Part shown: positions 26,465 through 35,475 of the stretch, piece by piece | Numbering within the stretch: position 1 is the stretch's first letter | How the letters are laid out: every line of letters starts with the position of its first letter | Virus record (IMG/VR): IMGVR_UViG_3300010163_000013 | Location: 64,001-101,075 of that record | Source: a virus | Lineage: Duplodnaviria; Heunggongvirae; Uroviricota; Caudoviricetes | Length of the DNA stretch: 37,075 bases | Reading direction: 5' to 3' (one strand) | Notes under the pieces: generated by a model | Database searches by the model: none | Told to the model about the DNA's origin: nothing | The model's input: the letters and a program-made list of their open reading frames with translations, nothing else | Made by a program: the position numbers and the translations under genes

Positions 26465-26977
26465 TTATTCTATTTGTTTCCATATATTATTTTCTTTTTT
26501 CCATATTTTTTGATTACTGCTGCCCCTAAATTTAAGTGTTATATCTCGCTGTTCTAAAATAAAGGGACCATCTATTATATAATCGCTTAGATTTAATATT
26601 TCTTTACATTTAGAAAATAAATATTCATAAGTATATCCTGTATAAATCCATAATTTTTTATTAGGAAACTTTTCTTTAAATTTACTACTAATATATAAAG
26701 AAAAATCTATATTATCTATTGGATCTCCACCTGATAATGTCAATCTCTTAATATAATTTTTATTTAAAGCATTAAATAATTCATCTAATATTTTTTTAGT
26801 AAATATCTTACCACCGTCTTTATCCCAAGTGGTTTCATTATGACAACCTTTACAATGGTGTGTACAATATTGCATATACAAAGAAACACCAAAATATAAG
26901 CCATTATTTGTTTCACACTTATCTATACCTGCATACCTTATTTTATTATTTAATATATCATTAAAAATGTTTATCAT
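26465..26977 (-). CDS. nrdG: Anaerobic ribonucleotide reductase activating enzyme (radical SAM)
   Basis: CTHHCKGCHN (CxxxCxxC), LTLSGGDP, IYTGYT, DGPF, FRGSSNQ; overlaps the end of nrdD. Confidence 0.93.
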   Translation of the reverse strand: MINIFNDILNNKIRYAGIDKCETNNGLYFGVSLYMQYCTHHCKGCHNETTWDKDGGKIFTKKILDELFNALNKNYIKRLTLSGGDPIDNIDFSLYISSKFKEKFPNKKLWIYTGYTYEYLFSKCKEILNLSDYIIDGPFILEQRDITLKFRGSSNQKIWKKENNIWKQIE

Positions 26978-29228
26978 GTTTTACCCTCATTTCAACTTCT
27001 TGTTGTTTGCCTTCATTAAAGGCAGTCAAATAATCTCCTGTTAAATACCCTGTTACTCGCCTTAATCGGCGTATTTCGTTATTATTACATTGAGGACACT
27101 TATCATTAATTTCATCTGTATACCCACATTTAGTACAAGTATCATTAGGTACATTAATTGCAAAATAAGGTACATCTTTATCCATAGCATAATTTACTAT
27201 ATCTTCTAATGCTTCAATATTGTTTTTCACTGTACTTTGCAATTCAACATAAGTTATACATCCTGCTGAACTATATCCTATTAATTGAGATTCAATATCA
27301 ATTTTTTCAAAAGGATCTACATTAATCCATACAGGAACATGAATTGAATTTGTAAAAAATTTCTTATCAGATATATTCGGAATTTCTCCAAATTTTTCTT
27401 TAAATTTTTTCATAGCCGTAAAACATAAATTTTCAGCGGGGGTAAAATAAACTCCAAAATTTAATTTATATTTTTCTTTAAATTCTGTACATCTATCTTT
27501 AAATAGTTGTTCAATTTTTTTAGCTAATATCATTCCTTTTTCTGTTGTATGATCGCACCCAATTAATATTTGTAATGTTTCTGCAAGTCCAATCTGACCT
27601 AAAGCAAGTGTTCCATGTTTTAGTGCTGAACGTATTTCTTTACCGTCATAGCCTTCCATTAAACCATTTTCATACATAAATTTAGCAGAATCAGAAGATT
27701 GACTACAAATCCATTCAAATCGTTCAAGTAACATATCTTTTGCTTCGTATATTTTAATATCTAATTTGTCTAAAAAAGCATCAACAATAATATTATTTTC
27801 AACTCCATTAGGATAAGTTTTATTAAAACTATTTTTTATTTCCATAGCAATTGTAGGCATAATAATTGTTACTGGACAAATATTACCACGTCCATCTTTT
27901 AATTGTCCTAACCCGTTTATATCCCATCCGTTTGCAGTTCTACAACCCATTGTACTAAAATATGTTTTAGGATCATTAATATCATATCCTTCATTACCTG
28001 ACCAATCTACATTTGCATAATTAGGGTATAATCTTTGAGCAGTAGACTTTAAAGCAAGTTTAAATAAGTCATAATTAGGATCTCCTGGTTTTCTATTAAC
28101 TCCTTTCATACATTGAAAAATGGTACAAGGAAAAACACTTGTTCTATGAAAATTACCTATGCCATTAATAGAAACTTCTAACAATGCTTTTGTTATCATT
28201 CTACCTTCTGTTTTTGTACAAGTTCCAAAATTTAAAGATGTAAATGGTAACTGATTTCCTGATCTACTTTGTAAAGTGTTTAAATTATGAAATAATCCCT
28301 CTGCACCTTGATATATTTCTTTTTCTGTTTTCTCCATAGCATATTTATAAATTTTTTTAAATTGTTTATATTGTTCACTATCTATAGAAATACTATCATC
28401 AATATTTAATTGCGTTAGTATATTATCAATACTATCTTTTGTCATTTCTTTTATATTATATTTTTGTATCATTTCATCATCTAATAAGTATCTGATTCCG
28501 TCAATAAAATGTTTATAAAAACTTTTTCTTACATAAGGTACCATTGTCCAATCTAAATGAGTAGCTGACACTCCACCAAATTGTTGTAATGACTGTAATT
28601 GAAATATAACCGCAACTAATTGAAAGGCTGTATTACAGGATTGAGCAGGTCTTACGTCTGTTTGTCTTGTATTAAACCCTTGTTTTAATAATTTATCAAA
28701 GGGTATAGATAAACAGTTATGATCTCCAATAGCATAATGGTCTAAATCGTGTATATAAATTTCATTATTTAAATGATTGTTTTTTGCCATTTCAGACATA
28801 CAATTGTCTAAAGCATATTTTTTCATTACTTCATTACTTGCTGCTCCAACTCTACCTCCAAAAGATTTTTCATCAACATTAGCATTTTGGTTTTGAACAT
28901 TGGTAGCCATTAATTTTTCTGTTATATTTTTCATTAATTCGCTTTTTTGTTCTCTTATTTTATTTCTATCATTACGATATATAATATATGTTTTAGCCAC
29001 ATCTTTACGATTACTTGCCATTAATTTTGCTTCAATAATATTCTGAATTTCTTCTACTGTAATTATTTTTTTGTTAATTTTATTAATACTATTAACAATA
29101 TTATATATTTTTATATTATTATCATCTGTTATCTCATTATCAACAGCTAAAAAAGCATTAGTTAATGCATCAATAATTTTATTTTTATCAAATTGTACCT
29201 TTCTACCATCTCTTTTTATTACTTGCAT
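26961..29228 (-). CDS. nrdD: Class III anaerobic ribonucleoside-triphosphate reductase
   Basis: ATP cone (VIKRDGRKVQFDKNKI), IYIHDLD, QSRSGNQLPF, TPAEN, CTKCG..CPQC zinc site, RLRRVTGYL glycyl-radical motif. Confidence 0.97.
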   Translation of the reverse strand: MQVIKRDGRKVQFDKNKIIDALTNAFLAVDNEITDDNNIKIYNIVNSINKINKKIITVEEIQNIIEAKLMASNRKDVAKTYIIYRNDRNKIREQKSELMKNITEKLMATNVQNQNANVDEKSFGGRVGAASNEVMKKYALDNCMSEMAKNNHLNNEIYIHDLDHYAIGDHNCLSIPFDKLLKQGFNTRQTDVRPAQSCNTAFQLVAVIFQLQSLQQFGGVSATHLDWTMVPYVRKSFYKHFIDGIRYLLDDEMIQKYNIKEMTKDSIDNILTQLNIDDSISIDSEQYKQFKKIYKYAMEKTEKEIYQGAEGLFHNLNTLQSRSGNQLPFTSLNFGTCTKTEGRMITKALLEVSINGIGNFHRTSVFPCTIFQCMKGVNRKPGDPNYDLFKLALKSTAQRLYPNYANVDWSGNEGYDINDPKTYFSTMGCRTANGWDINGLGQLKDGRGNICPVTIIMPTIAMEIKNSFNKTYPNGVENNIIVDAFLDKLDIKIYEAKDMLLERFEWICSQSSDSAKFMYENGLMEGYDGKEIRSALKHGTLALGQIGLAETLQILIGCDHTTEKGMILAKKIEQLFKDRCTEFKEKYKLNFGVYFTPAENLCFTAMKKFKEKFGEIPNISDKKFFTNSIHVPVWINVDPFEKIDIESQLIGYSSAGCITYVELQSTVKNNIEALEDIVNYAMDKDVPYFAINVPNDTCTKCGYTDEINDKCPQCNNNEIRRLRRVTGYLTGDYLTAFNEGKQQEVEMRVKHDKHF

Positions 29229-29418
29229 AGTTATCCTCCTATAATTTTAAAATTCAAAACAGTAAGTTTTGATGTATAAAATTAATAATTACCATTATGT
29301 ATTTTATTCATATAAGTTTTTATACTAAAAATAAGACAATTTTTATTTTTTATCTTATTTTTATTGTAATAACAATAAAATAAAATAGTAACTACCAAAA
29401 AAACTTTTTAAAAAATTC

Positions 29419-29688
29419 TTAAATTTCATAATTAATACTAGGTACTTTTCTGGCGAGTACTAATTGTTTTTCATCATCCATAAAAATTAACTCATATTTA
29501 TCTGTACTATTTTTTATAACTTTATCAAATAAATCTACCATTTCATTAATGAAATCTTTACCATCTCCTATAACTTTATCAATAGATAAATCTGTTATTT
29601 CATCTTCTATGGATTTATCTATCTTTAGTTTAAATGTATTATTAAAACTTGTCAATAAACTTTCTATTTTTTTTAATGATTCATCCAT
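29419..29688 (-). CDS. Hypothetical protein, 89 aa
   Basis: AAAAGGAGTG RBS. Confidence 0.7.
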   Translation of the reverse strand: MDESLKKIESLLTSFNNTFKLKIDKSIEDEITDLSIDKVIGDGKDFINEMVDLFDKVIKNSTDKYELIFMDDEKQLVLARKVPSINYEI

Positions 29689-29891
29689 TAAAAATCACTC
29701 CTTTTATTTTTTTCTTGACATTTTATAAAATTACCTTTATTCTTATATATATAAAACTTTTAAAAAATTTTTAATCAGTTAAAAAAATTTTATTTTTTTA
29801 ACTATATAAAATATATAAATAAAAAAATTATACCTTATGAAAGTTTTATAAAAAATATCTACACAAATTTTTAAAGAAAAGGAGAAATAAA

Positions 29892-30416
29892 ATGACAGGT
29901 ATTGTAAAGTTAGAAAACGGACAAGAAATGAATGTTGTTTATAATTGTGGAATTTTAACCATAGTAGAAGATGTTGGAGTATCAAGAGCATCTTTAGGAA
30001 ATAAATATTATTATGTTGATGATGTAGGCGATATACAAGAAAATTATGAAGAAAAAAATAATGATGATACAAATTTTCATTATATGATAGGAAATTATTA
30101 TACTAATAAATTACTTTTACAAATGGATTTAAAAGCTGATATACTTATGAAACAAATAAAACGATATGCAAGGCAATACAATGATTATACAAAGCAACAA
30201 TATTTCATTTCTTATAATTTTGAAACAGGTTTATATATTACTGATAATGAAACAGTAAATAACTTAGCTTTTTATAATTTTATGTTTGATAAGGAGACAG
30301 CAAATAGTATTATTAATAAATTTAAAGAAGATTTATTATGGTACTTTGAAGATTATTTATTAAATTATTCTGGTGTTAATGGACATAGTGTTACAAATAA
30401 ATTAATAATAATTTGA
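29892..30416 (+). CDS. Hypothetical protein, 174 aa
   Basis: AAAAGGAG RBS; IGNYY...LLWYF pattern typical of phage hypothetical proteins. Confidence 0.75.
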   Translation: MTGIVKLENGQEMNVVYNCGILTIVEDVGVSRASLGNKYYYVDDVGDIQENYEEKNNDDTNFHYMIGNYYTNKLLLQMDLKADILMKQIKRYARQYNDYTKQQYFISYNFETGLYITDNETVNNLAFYNFMFDKETANSIINKFKEDLLWYFEDYLLNYSGVNGHSVTNKLIII

Positions 30417-30454
30417 TAAGTATATCAACTATTTTTTAAGAAAGGAATAAAAAA

Positions 30455-30994
30455 ATGAAAATTGTTGATGAAAATAAAATATTGTGGGCAAAAGTTAAAG
30501 AAAATGCTATTATTCCTACAAAAGAAACTGAAAATGCTGGATATGATATTTATGCTTGTTTTGATGAAGATTTTTTAATTATTCTTCCATGTGAAACAAA
30601 ATTAATTTCATCAGGTATAGCTTGCGCTTTAAATGAAAAATATTATTTACAATTAGAAGAACGTGGAAGTACGGGAAGTAAAGGTATAAAAAGAAGTTCA
30701 GGAGTTGTTGATTCATCATATAGAGGTGAAATTTTTATAGCTATAACAAATGTAAATAATATACCTATTGTTATATCAAAAATAAATGATAAAAATAAAT
30801 TTTTAGATTTATTAATAGAACGTGGAATTGAAAATTTTTTCGATAATTATATATTATATCCATATAATAAAGCAATATGTCAAGGCATTATACATATTGT
30901 TCCACAATTAAAAAGTGAAGAAATTACTTATGAAGAATTATGCCAATATGATTCAAATAGAGGTACAACAAAATTAGGAGCAAGTAAAAAATAA
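30455..30994 (+). CDS. dut: Trimeric dUTPase
   Basis: AGYDIYA, ERGSTG, GVVDSSYRGEI, AICQG, RGTTKLGAS. Confidence 0.9.
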   Translation: MKIVDENKILWAKVKENAIIPTKETENAGYDIYACFDEDFLIILPCETKLISSGIACALNEKYYLQLEERGSTGSKGIKRSSGVVDSSYRGEIFIAITNVNNIPIVISKINDKNKFLDLLIERGIENFFDNYILYPYNKAICQGIIHIVPQLKSEEITYEELCQYDSNRGTTKLGASKK

Positions 30995-31071
30995 ATATTT
31001 ACTTTTATATAAAAATTCTTTATAATTAAATTATAAAGAATTTTTTATGCAAAAAAAGGAGAAAACTTTAT

Positions 31072-31875
31072 ATGTTTGATATAAATAAATTTGAAAATAT
31101 TAATGATAGCTTTAATAATTTAAAAAAAATAAAAAATTATGATAGAATAAACATTACATATACTATAAAAAATCCTATAGATATTATTGATAGATTTAAT
31201 ATTAGAACAAACTTAGCTTTTGCTATTTATCTTTTGATATATTTTATAAAAGAATCAGAGTTATTTGATAAATGGTATTATCTTATAGATAATTTTTTTA
31301 ATAAAAAAATAAATCTATTTGTAATAGATGTGAGTATTTATAATTTTTATTTTATAAGAAAAAACAATCATCTTATGTTATATGCTGAAAACAACGAAGG
31401 AAGCACCATAGAAACATATACATCTGAAATGTTTGCTTTTTCTGCATTACAACAATTAATAGCAAATGAATTTCATATGTCCATAGGTGAAATGTCATAT
31501 AGTTGTAAAAATTTAATACTTAATGAAAAAATAAAAAAATTGTATAAATATAATTCAATTACATTTGATTGGAGCAAATTAAATATAAATAATGAAGATT
31601 TTAAAACATTTGTACATTTAGGAGAAAAAATAAAAAATATAAAAACAATTGAAGAATTAATAAAAACAGTAAATAATATAAGCATAAAATATGAAACAAT
31701 AGTTAATATGACTTATATATTAATTCATCATAAATTAAAAGAATTATTATTTACAAATACTGTAAAAGTACGTCATTATGATTGCATATTAAAATCCAAA
31801 TTATATAATTTTTGTGATAAAAATATTAAAGAATATGCAGAAGAAACATGTTTTTATAAAAGAGGTGACTGTTAA
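31072..31875 (+). CDS. Degenerate thymidylate-synthase (ThyA)-like protein
   Basis: FYFIRKNNHLMLYAENNE...EMFAFSALQQLIANEFHMSIGEMSYSCKNL aligns by eye with the TS core (F.IRD..L....MRSND...D...F..LQ.L.A..L....G.......SLHIY), but the catalytic residues are not retained. Confidence 0.5.
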   Translation: MFDINKFENINDSFNNLKKIKNYDRINITYTIKNPIDIIDRFNIRTNLAFAIYLLIYFIKESELFDKWYYLIDNFFNKKINLFVIDVSIYNFYFIRKNNHLMLYAENNEGSTIETYTSEMFAFSALQQLIANEFHMSIGEMSYSCKNLILNEKIKKLYKYNSITFDWSKLNINNEDFKTFVHLGEKIKNIKTIEELIKTVNNISIKYETIVNMTYILIHHKLKELLFTNTVKVRHYDCILKSKLYNFCDKNIKEYAEETCFYKRGDC

Positions 31876-31877
31876 TT

Positions 31878-32318
31878 TTGAATAATATATTTTACTTAAA
31901 TATACAAAATAATGAAGTTCATTCTTATGATTGTTGGAAAAATAAATTATATCAATATATAATTATATACGAAAAAGATATTTATAAAAATAATAAATTT
32001 AATATTAATTGTCCTTGTATGTGTTTTTATAAAAATATTTCTAATATAAAAAAAAATTGTAATTTATATAATTTAAATTATTATGTATTAAATGATATAG
32101 TGTCTATTAAAACAAAAGTTAGTGATTGGAAAATTATTGTTCCAACGCACATAAAACAAAAAACCAAATTATTACATAGTAATTTTTTATACTATAGAAA
32201 TAGTAAACATTATAATAACAACAAACAAGATTATCATATACAATTTATCAAACATATATCTATGCAGGATTTAATAAAGTACATAGCATTACATGATAAT
32301 AAATATGGTATATCATAA
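31878..32318 (+). CDS. Hypothetical protein, 146 aa (TTG start)
   Basis: AGAGGTG RBS at the end of the previous gene. Confidence 0.5.
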   Translation: MNNIFYLNIQNNEVHSYDCWKNKLYQYIIIYEKDIYKNNKFNINCPCMCFYKNISNIKKNCNLYNLNYYVLNDIVSIKTKVSDWKIIVPTHIKQKTKLLHSNFLYYRNSKHYNNNKQDYHIQFIKHISMQDLIKYIALHDNKYGIS

Positions 32319-32429
32319 AAGATACTTGATATTTCACTGTATTTTATATATAATTATATATGATAATAAAAATACCCTTTTCCTATTATAAATTTTTGGA
32401 AAGGAGGTTAGAGGGAAACTTCTATAAAA

Positions 32430-32663
32430 ATGAACATAAATAATAAAGCAATTAATAAAGATATTAATAAGACTTTTTGTTATATAATAGACCAAAAGGG
32501 TAATTTATTACCTAAAATTTTTTATAATAAGAGATGGTTTTATATATGTAAACAAAAAAATGATTTTTTTAATAAAAATCATTTTTTTATACAGTTAGAT
32601 AAAATTATAGATAAACCATTTAATAATTTATCAGATAATAAAATATTTGAATTTAATTATTAA
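32430..32663 (+). mobile_element. Truncated RRXRR/IscB-type N-terminal (PLMP) domain remnant
   Basis: FCYIIDQKGNLLPKIFYNKRWFYICKQK...FFIQLDK is collinear with the recalled clostridial IscB/RRXRR start YCFVVDKNN.PLAPT..NKGWYL.RK.RA.....P..IQL.K; stops before the RuvC-I GID motif; promoter TTGATA-17-TATAAT at 32326-32354. Confidence 0.5.
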
Positions 32664-32706
32664 ATAGTTACTTGCCAATAAAGAAAACATAAATGGAGGA
32701 TATAAA

Positions 32707-33903
32707 ATGGACAAAAAATCAAAACTTAAAGCTATGGCTAATGCAATTAAACACTTAGAAAAATCAACAAAAAAAGCGGGTATGGTTTATAGATTAGGGG
32801 ATAAACCTATGAATAAAGTAGATGTTATTCCTACAGGTTCTTTGCCTTTGGACATTGCTTTAGGTTGTGGCGGTTGGCCTCGTGGTCGCATAATAGAACT
32901 TTTTGGTGCTGAATCAAGTGGAAAAACATTATTAGCTTCAAAAGCAATAGCAGAATGTCAAAAACAAGATGGTGTTTGTGCTATGATAGATATGGAACAT
33001 GCTTTTGACCCTTATTTTGCTGCTAAATTAGGTGTTGATATTAATGATTTATTTTTTAGCCAACCGGATCATTTACAAGACTGTTTTACTGTAATTGATA
33101 ACCTTGTAAACGCTGGTTGCGATTTAATTATATTGGATAGTATTGCAACACTTGTGCCACAAGAAGAATTAGAAGGTGAAGTAGGTAAACAAACAATAGG
33201 TATAATTGCAAGATATATGGGACAATTTTTAAGACGTATTGGCCCTAAATTAAGTCAAAATAATGTTTGCTTAATTTGTATTAATCAAACTCGTGATAAT
33301 ATCGGTGTACTCTATGGTGATCCTACTACAACACCAGGTGGTAGAGCTCTTAAATTTTATTCATCAGTTAGAGTACAAGTGTCAAGAGTATCTACTTTAG
33401 ATGTAAAAGATAAACAAGATAATTTAATACAAAGAGGTATTAGATGTACAGTTAAAAAAAATAAAGTTGGTTTACCCTTTAAAAAAGCTGAATTTCAAGT
33501 CTATTTAGATGGTAGAGAATGTTCTAAAGATTTAAGTGATGATATTGCTAACATTGCTATTAATATGGGTATAATCGGAAGATATGACGCTGCTGGTAAT
33601 CCTTCTAAAACAGGTAGACAATATAAATTTAGCTATGTTGATCCTGAAACAAATGAAGAATTTAATTTATTAGCAAAAAAGAAAGATGATGTTAGTGTAG
33701 AATTAAAAAAATTACCTAAAATGCAACAACATTTATTAGGTATTATTAAAGGTGAAATTGATGCTCCTGAAAATATGGTTCCTAATGAAGAAATGGATTC
33801 AGAAATGTCTGATGAAGATTTTGAAAATATGATGAAAGATGAAAATTATGGAAATGATTTTGACGAAGCTGAAGAAATAGAAAATTTTGATGATATTTTA
33901 TAA
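32707..33903 (+). CDS. recA: RecA recombinase with acidic C-terminal tail
   Basis: IPTGSLPLDIALGCGGWPRGRIIELFGAESSGKT, IDMEHAFDP, ILDSIA, INQTR, TTPGGRALKFYSSVRV, KNKVG.P. Confidence 0.97.
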   Translation: MDKKSKLKAMANAIKHLEKSTKKAGMVYRLGDKPMNKVDVIPTGSLPLDIALGCGGWPRGRIIELFGAESSGKTLLASKAIAECQKQDGVCAMIDMEHAFDPYFAAKLGVDINDLFFSQPDHLQDCFTVIDNLVNAGCDLIILDSIATLVPQEELEGEVGKQTIGIIARYMGQFLRRIGPKLSQNNVCLICINQTRDNIGVLYGDPTTTPGGRALKFYSSVRVQVSRVSTLDVKDKQDNLIQRGIRCTVKKNKVGLPFKKAEFQVYLDGRECSKDLSDDIANIAINMGIIGRYDAAGNPSKTGRQYKFSYVDPETNEEFNLLAKKKDDVSVELKKLPKMQQHLLGIIKGEIDAPENMVPNEEMDSEMSDEDFENMMKDENYGNDFDEAEEIENFDDIL

Positions 33904-33928
33904 TAACTTTTTTATTAAGTGTTTTTTA

Positions 33929-33956
33929 AGAGGAAAAGAATTTAATCTTTTCCTCT
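33929..33956 (+). terminator. Hairpin after recA
   Basis: AGAGGAAAAGA / TCTTTTCCTCT. Confidence 0.6.
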
Positions 33957-34123
33957 GTTGCATATAATAATTAATAAATATTTATTTATATTTTTTAAAT
34001 AAATTATAAATTTCGATTTTAAAATTACTTTAATAATTGATATTTCTGATTTATTATTTATTCAAAAAATAATTATTTATATTTAATCTTGCAAACATAT
34101 CATAGACAATAGTATCATTCTTT

Positions 34124-34381
34124 TCATTTAGTATTTTTATACTCTAAAAAATTTTCTTTGTATTTATTTGGTAAATCATTAAATAACTTATCTTCTAATT
34201 TATTATTAGAAATTTTAAATCTATTATTTGCAAAATTTATAATAGTTCTAATCCTATGCTGCTCGTCAATAATTTCTTTTATAATTTTTCTTGTACTTAC
34301 ATTTATAGTTTGTCTTAAATATATTGGTGAATCAAAGATATTATTGATTTGTATAATCTTTGGTGCTTTTCTATTTAACAT
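34124..34381 (-). CDS. Hypothetical protein, 85 aa (possibly eroded at the 5' end)
   Basis: ORF; the best RBS (AAGGAGTG, about 34430) is about 50 nt from the ATG. Confidence 0.4.
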   Translation of the reverse strand: MLNRKAPKIIQINNIFDSPIYLRQTINVSTRKIIKEIIDEQHRIRTIINFANNRFKISNNKLEDKLFNDLPNKYKENFLEYKNTK

Positions 34382-34511
34382 ATTACTATCACAATTTATT
34401 TTTATTATTAAATTAATTCACTCCTTTTTATTTTATGTTATTCTACATTACCAATTTATAATTTTTTAAGAATTTTATTAAAAACCATTTCTAAAGATAT
34501 TGTTTTAATTA

Positions 34512-34712
34512 TCAATATTTATCAAATCCATCTTTTTCTATAGTTTCTAATATTAATCTGTTAATAAAACCATTTAAACTTTCATTATTTTTTGATGCAT
34601 ATTCTTTAATTATATCTTTTTTACCCTTTGGAACACGTATTTTAATTTCATCATAGTTGTTTTTCATATATTTTATAACTGCTCTTTGTTGTGCCTTACT
34701 TACTGTTGCCAT
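34512..34712 (-). CDS. Small ribbon-helix-helix (Arc/antitoxin-like) DNA-binding protein
   Basis: SKAQQRAVIKYMKNNYDEIKIRVPKGKKDIIKEYASKNNESLNGFINRLI; GAAAGGGAG RBS. Confidence 0.8.
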   Translation of the reverse strand: MATVSKAQQRAVIKYMKNNYDEIKIRVPKGKKDIIKEYASKNNESLNGFINRLILETIEKDGFDKY

Positions 34713-34752
34713 TTAATCACTCCCTTTCTGATATTTATATTATATCATAAAA

Positions 34753-34856
34753 TATATATAGGTTACTATATATAAAAATAACCAAAATTTATTATATATA
34801 GGGTACAAAATTTATTTAATTCGTATATTGATATATAGTACACTATATAGTATAAT
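34753..34856. promoter_or_regulatory. Divergent control region with repeated TATATAG-N4-CTATATA palindromes
   Basis: Full sites at 34755-34772 and 34832-34849, half-site ending at 34801; the second full site lies inside TTGATA (34828-34833)-17-TATAAT (34851-34856). Confidence 0.6.
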
Positions 34857-34942
34857 ATATTTAGAAAAACAAATAAGTTATATTACATAAATAATTAAGA
34901 AAATTTACAAGTTTTATAAAAGATTAGAAGGGACTGAATAAA

Positions 34943-35377
34943 ATGAAGAACATAAAAGAAATTAGAAAAGCAGTTGCTACACTTGCAAATAGAATAAATA
35001 AAAAAGCTAAAAACTTATCAAATTCATTTAAAAGAGCGTGGCAAATTATTAAAGGCAAATCATTAATTACCAAAGTATCAGGTGTAACATTTGGGAACAG
35101 ACAAAAAGCTTTGAAACATTTATGCCGATATACAAGAGAAAGAATAAATGTAGCACTTATTAGAGAATACGATAATAAATTTGATAATAATGCTGTAAAA
35201 GTTATTGTAAATGTTGACAAAGGAAAAAACTATCAAATTGGTTATTTACCAAGAGAATTAGCTGAAGAAATTTCAATACTAATTGATAAAGGTTTTAATA
35301 TAAAAGCAAGTTACAGAACTGTTACAGGCGGATTTATTTTTGATTATTTAGGTTGTTTAATTGATATAAATTTTTAA
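34943..35377 (+). CDS. HIRAN-domain protein with a basic N-terminal helix pair
   Basis: TKVSGVTFGNRQ, LIREYDNKFDNNAVKV, QIGYLPRELAEEIS. Confidence 0.82.
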   Translation: MKNIKEIRKAVATLANRINKKAKNLSNSFKRAWQIIKGKSLITKVSGVTFGNRQKALKHLCRYTRERINVALIREYDNKFDNNAVKVIVNVDKGKNYQIGYLPRELAEEISILIDKGFNIKASYRTVTGGFIFDYLGCLIDINF

Positions 35378-35385
35378 TAATTAAT

Positions 35386-35418
35386 AAAGAAGTGTTTTTA
35401 AAACAAAAACACTTCTTT
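35386..35418. terminator. Bidirectional terminator
   Basis: AAAGAAGTGTTTTT / AAAAACACTTCTTT between convergent genes. Confidence 0.72.
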
Positions 35419-35475
35419 AAAGATATTATTAATTAAAATTACTTTTTAATCAAAATTCTTATAACTAATATTTTA

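Noticed and set aside
244-34469. Shadow ORFs in the track (244-528, 1442-1654, 4345-4578, 6746-6994, 8821-9081, 12499-12711, 18309-18638, 25776-25958, 26159-26371, 26174-26359, 29779-30072, 31473-31685, 34158-34469, 34924-35220)
   Set aside because: They overlap better-supported genes or promoters on another frame or strand, lack an RBS, and have compositions typical of antisense frames.
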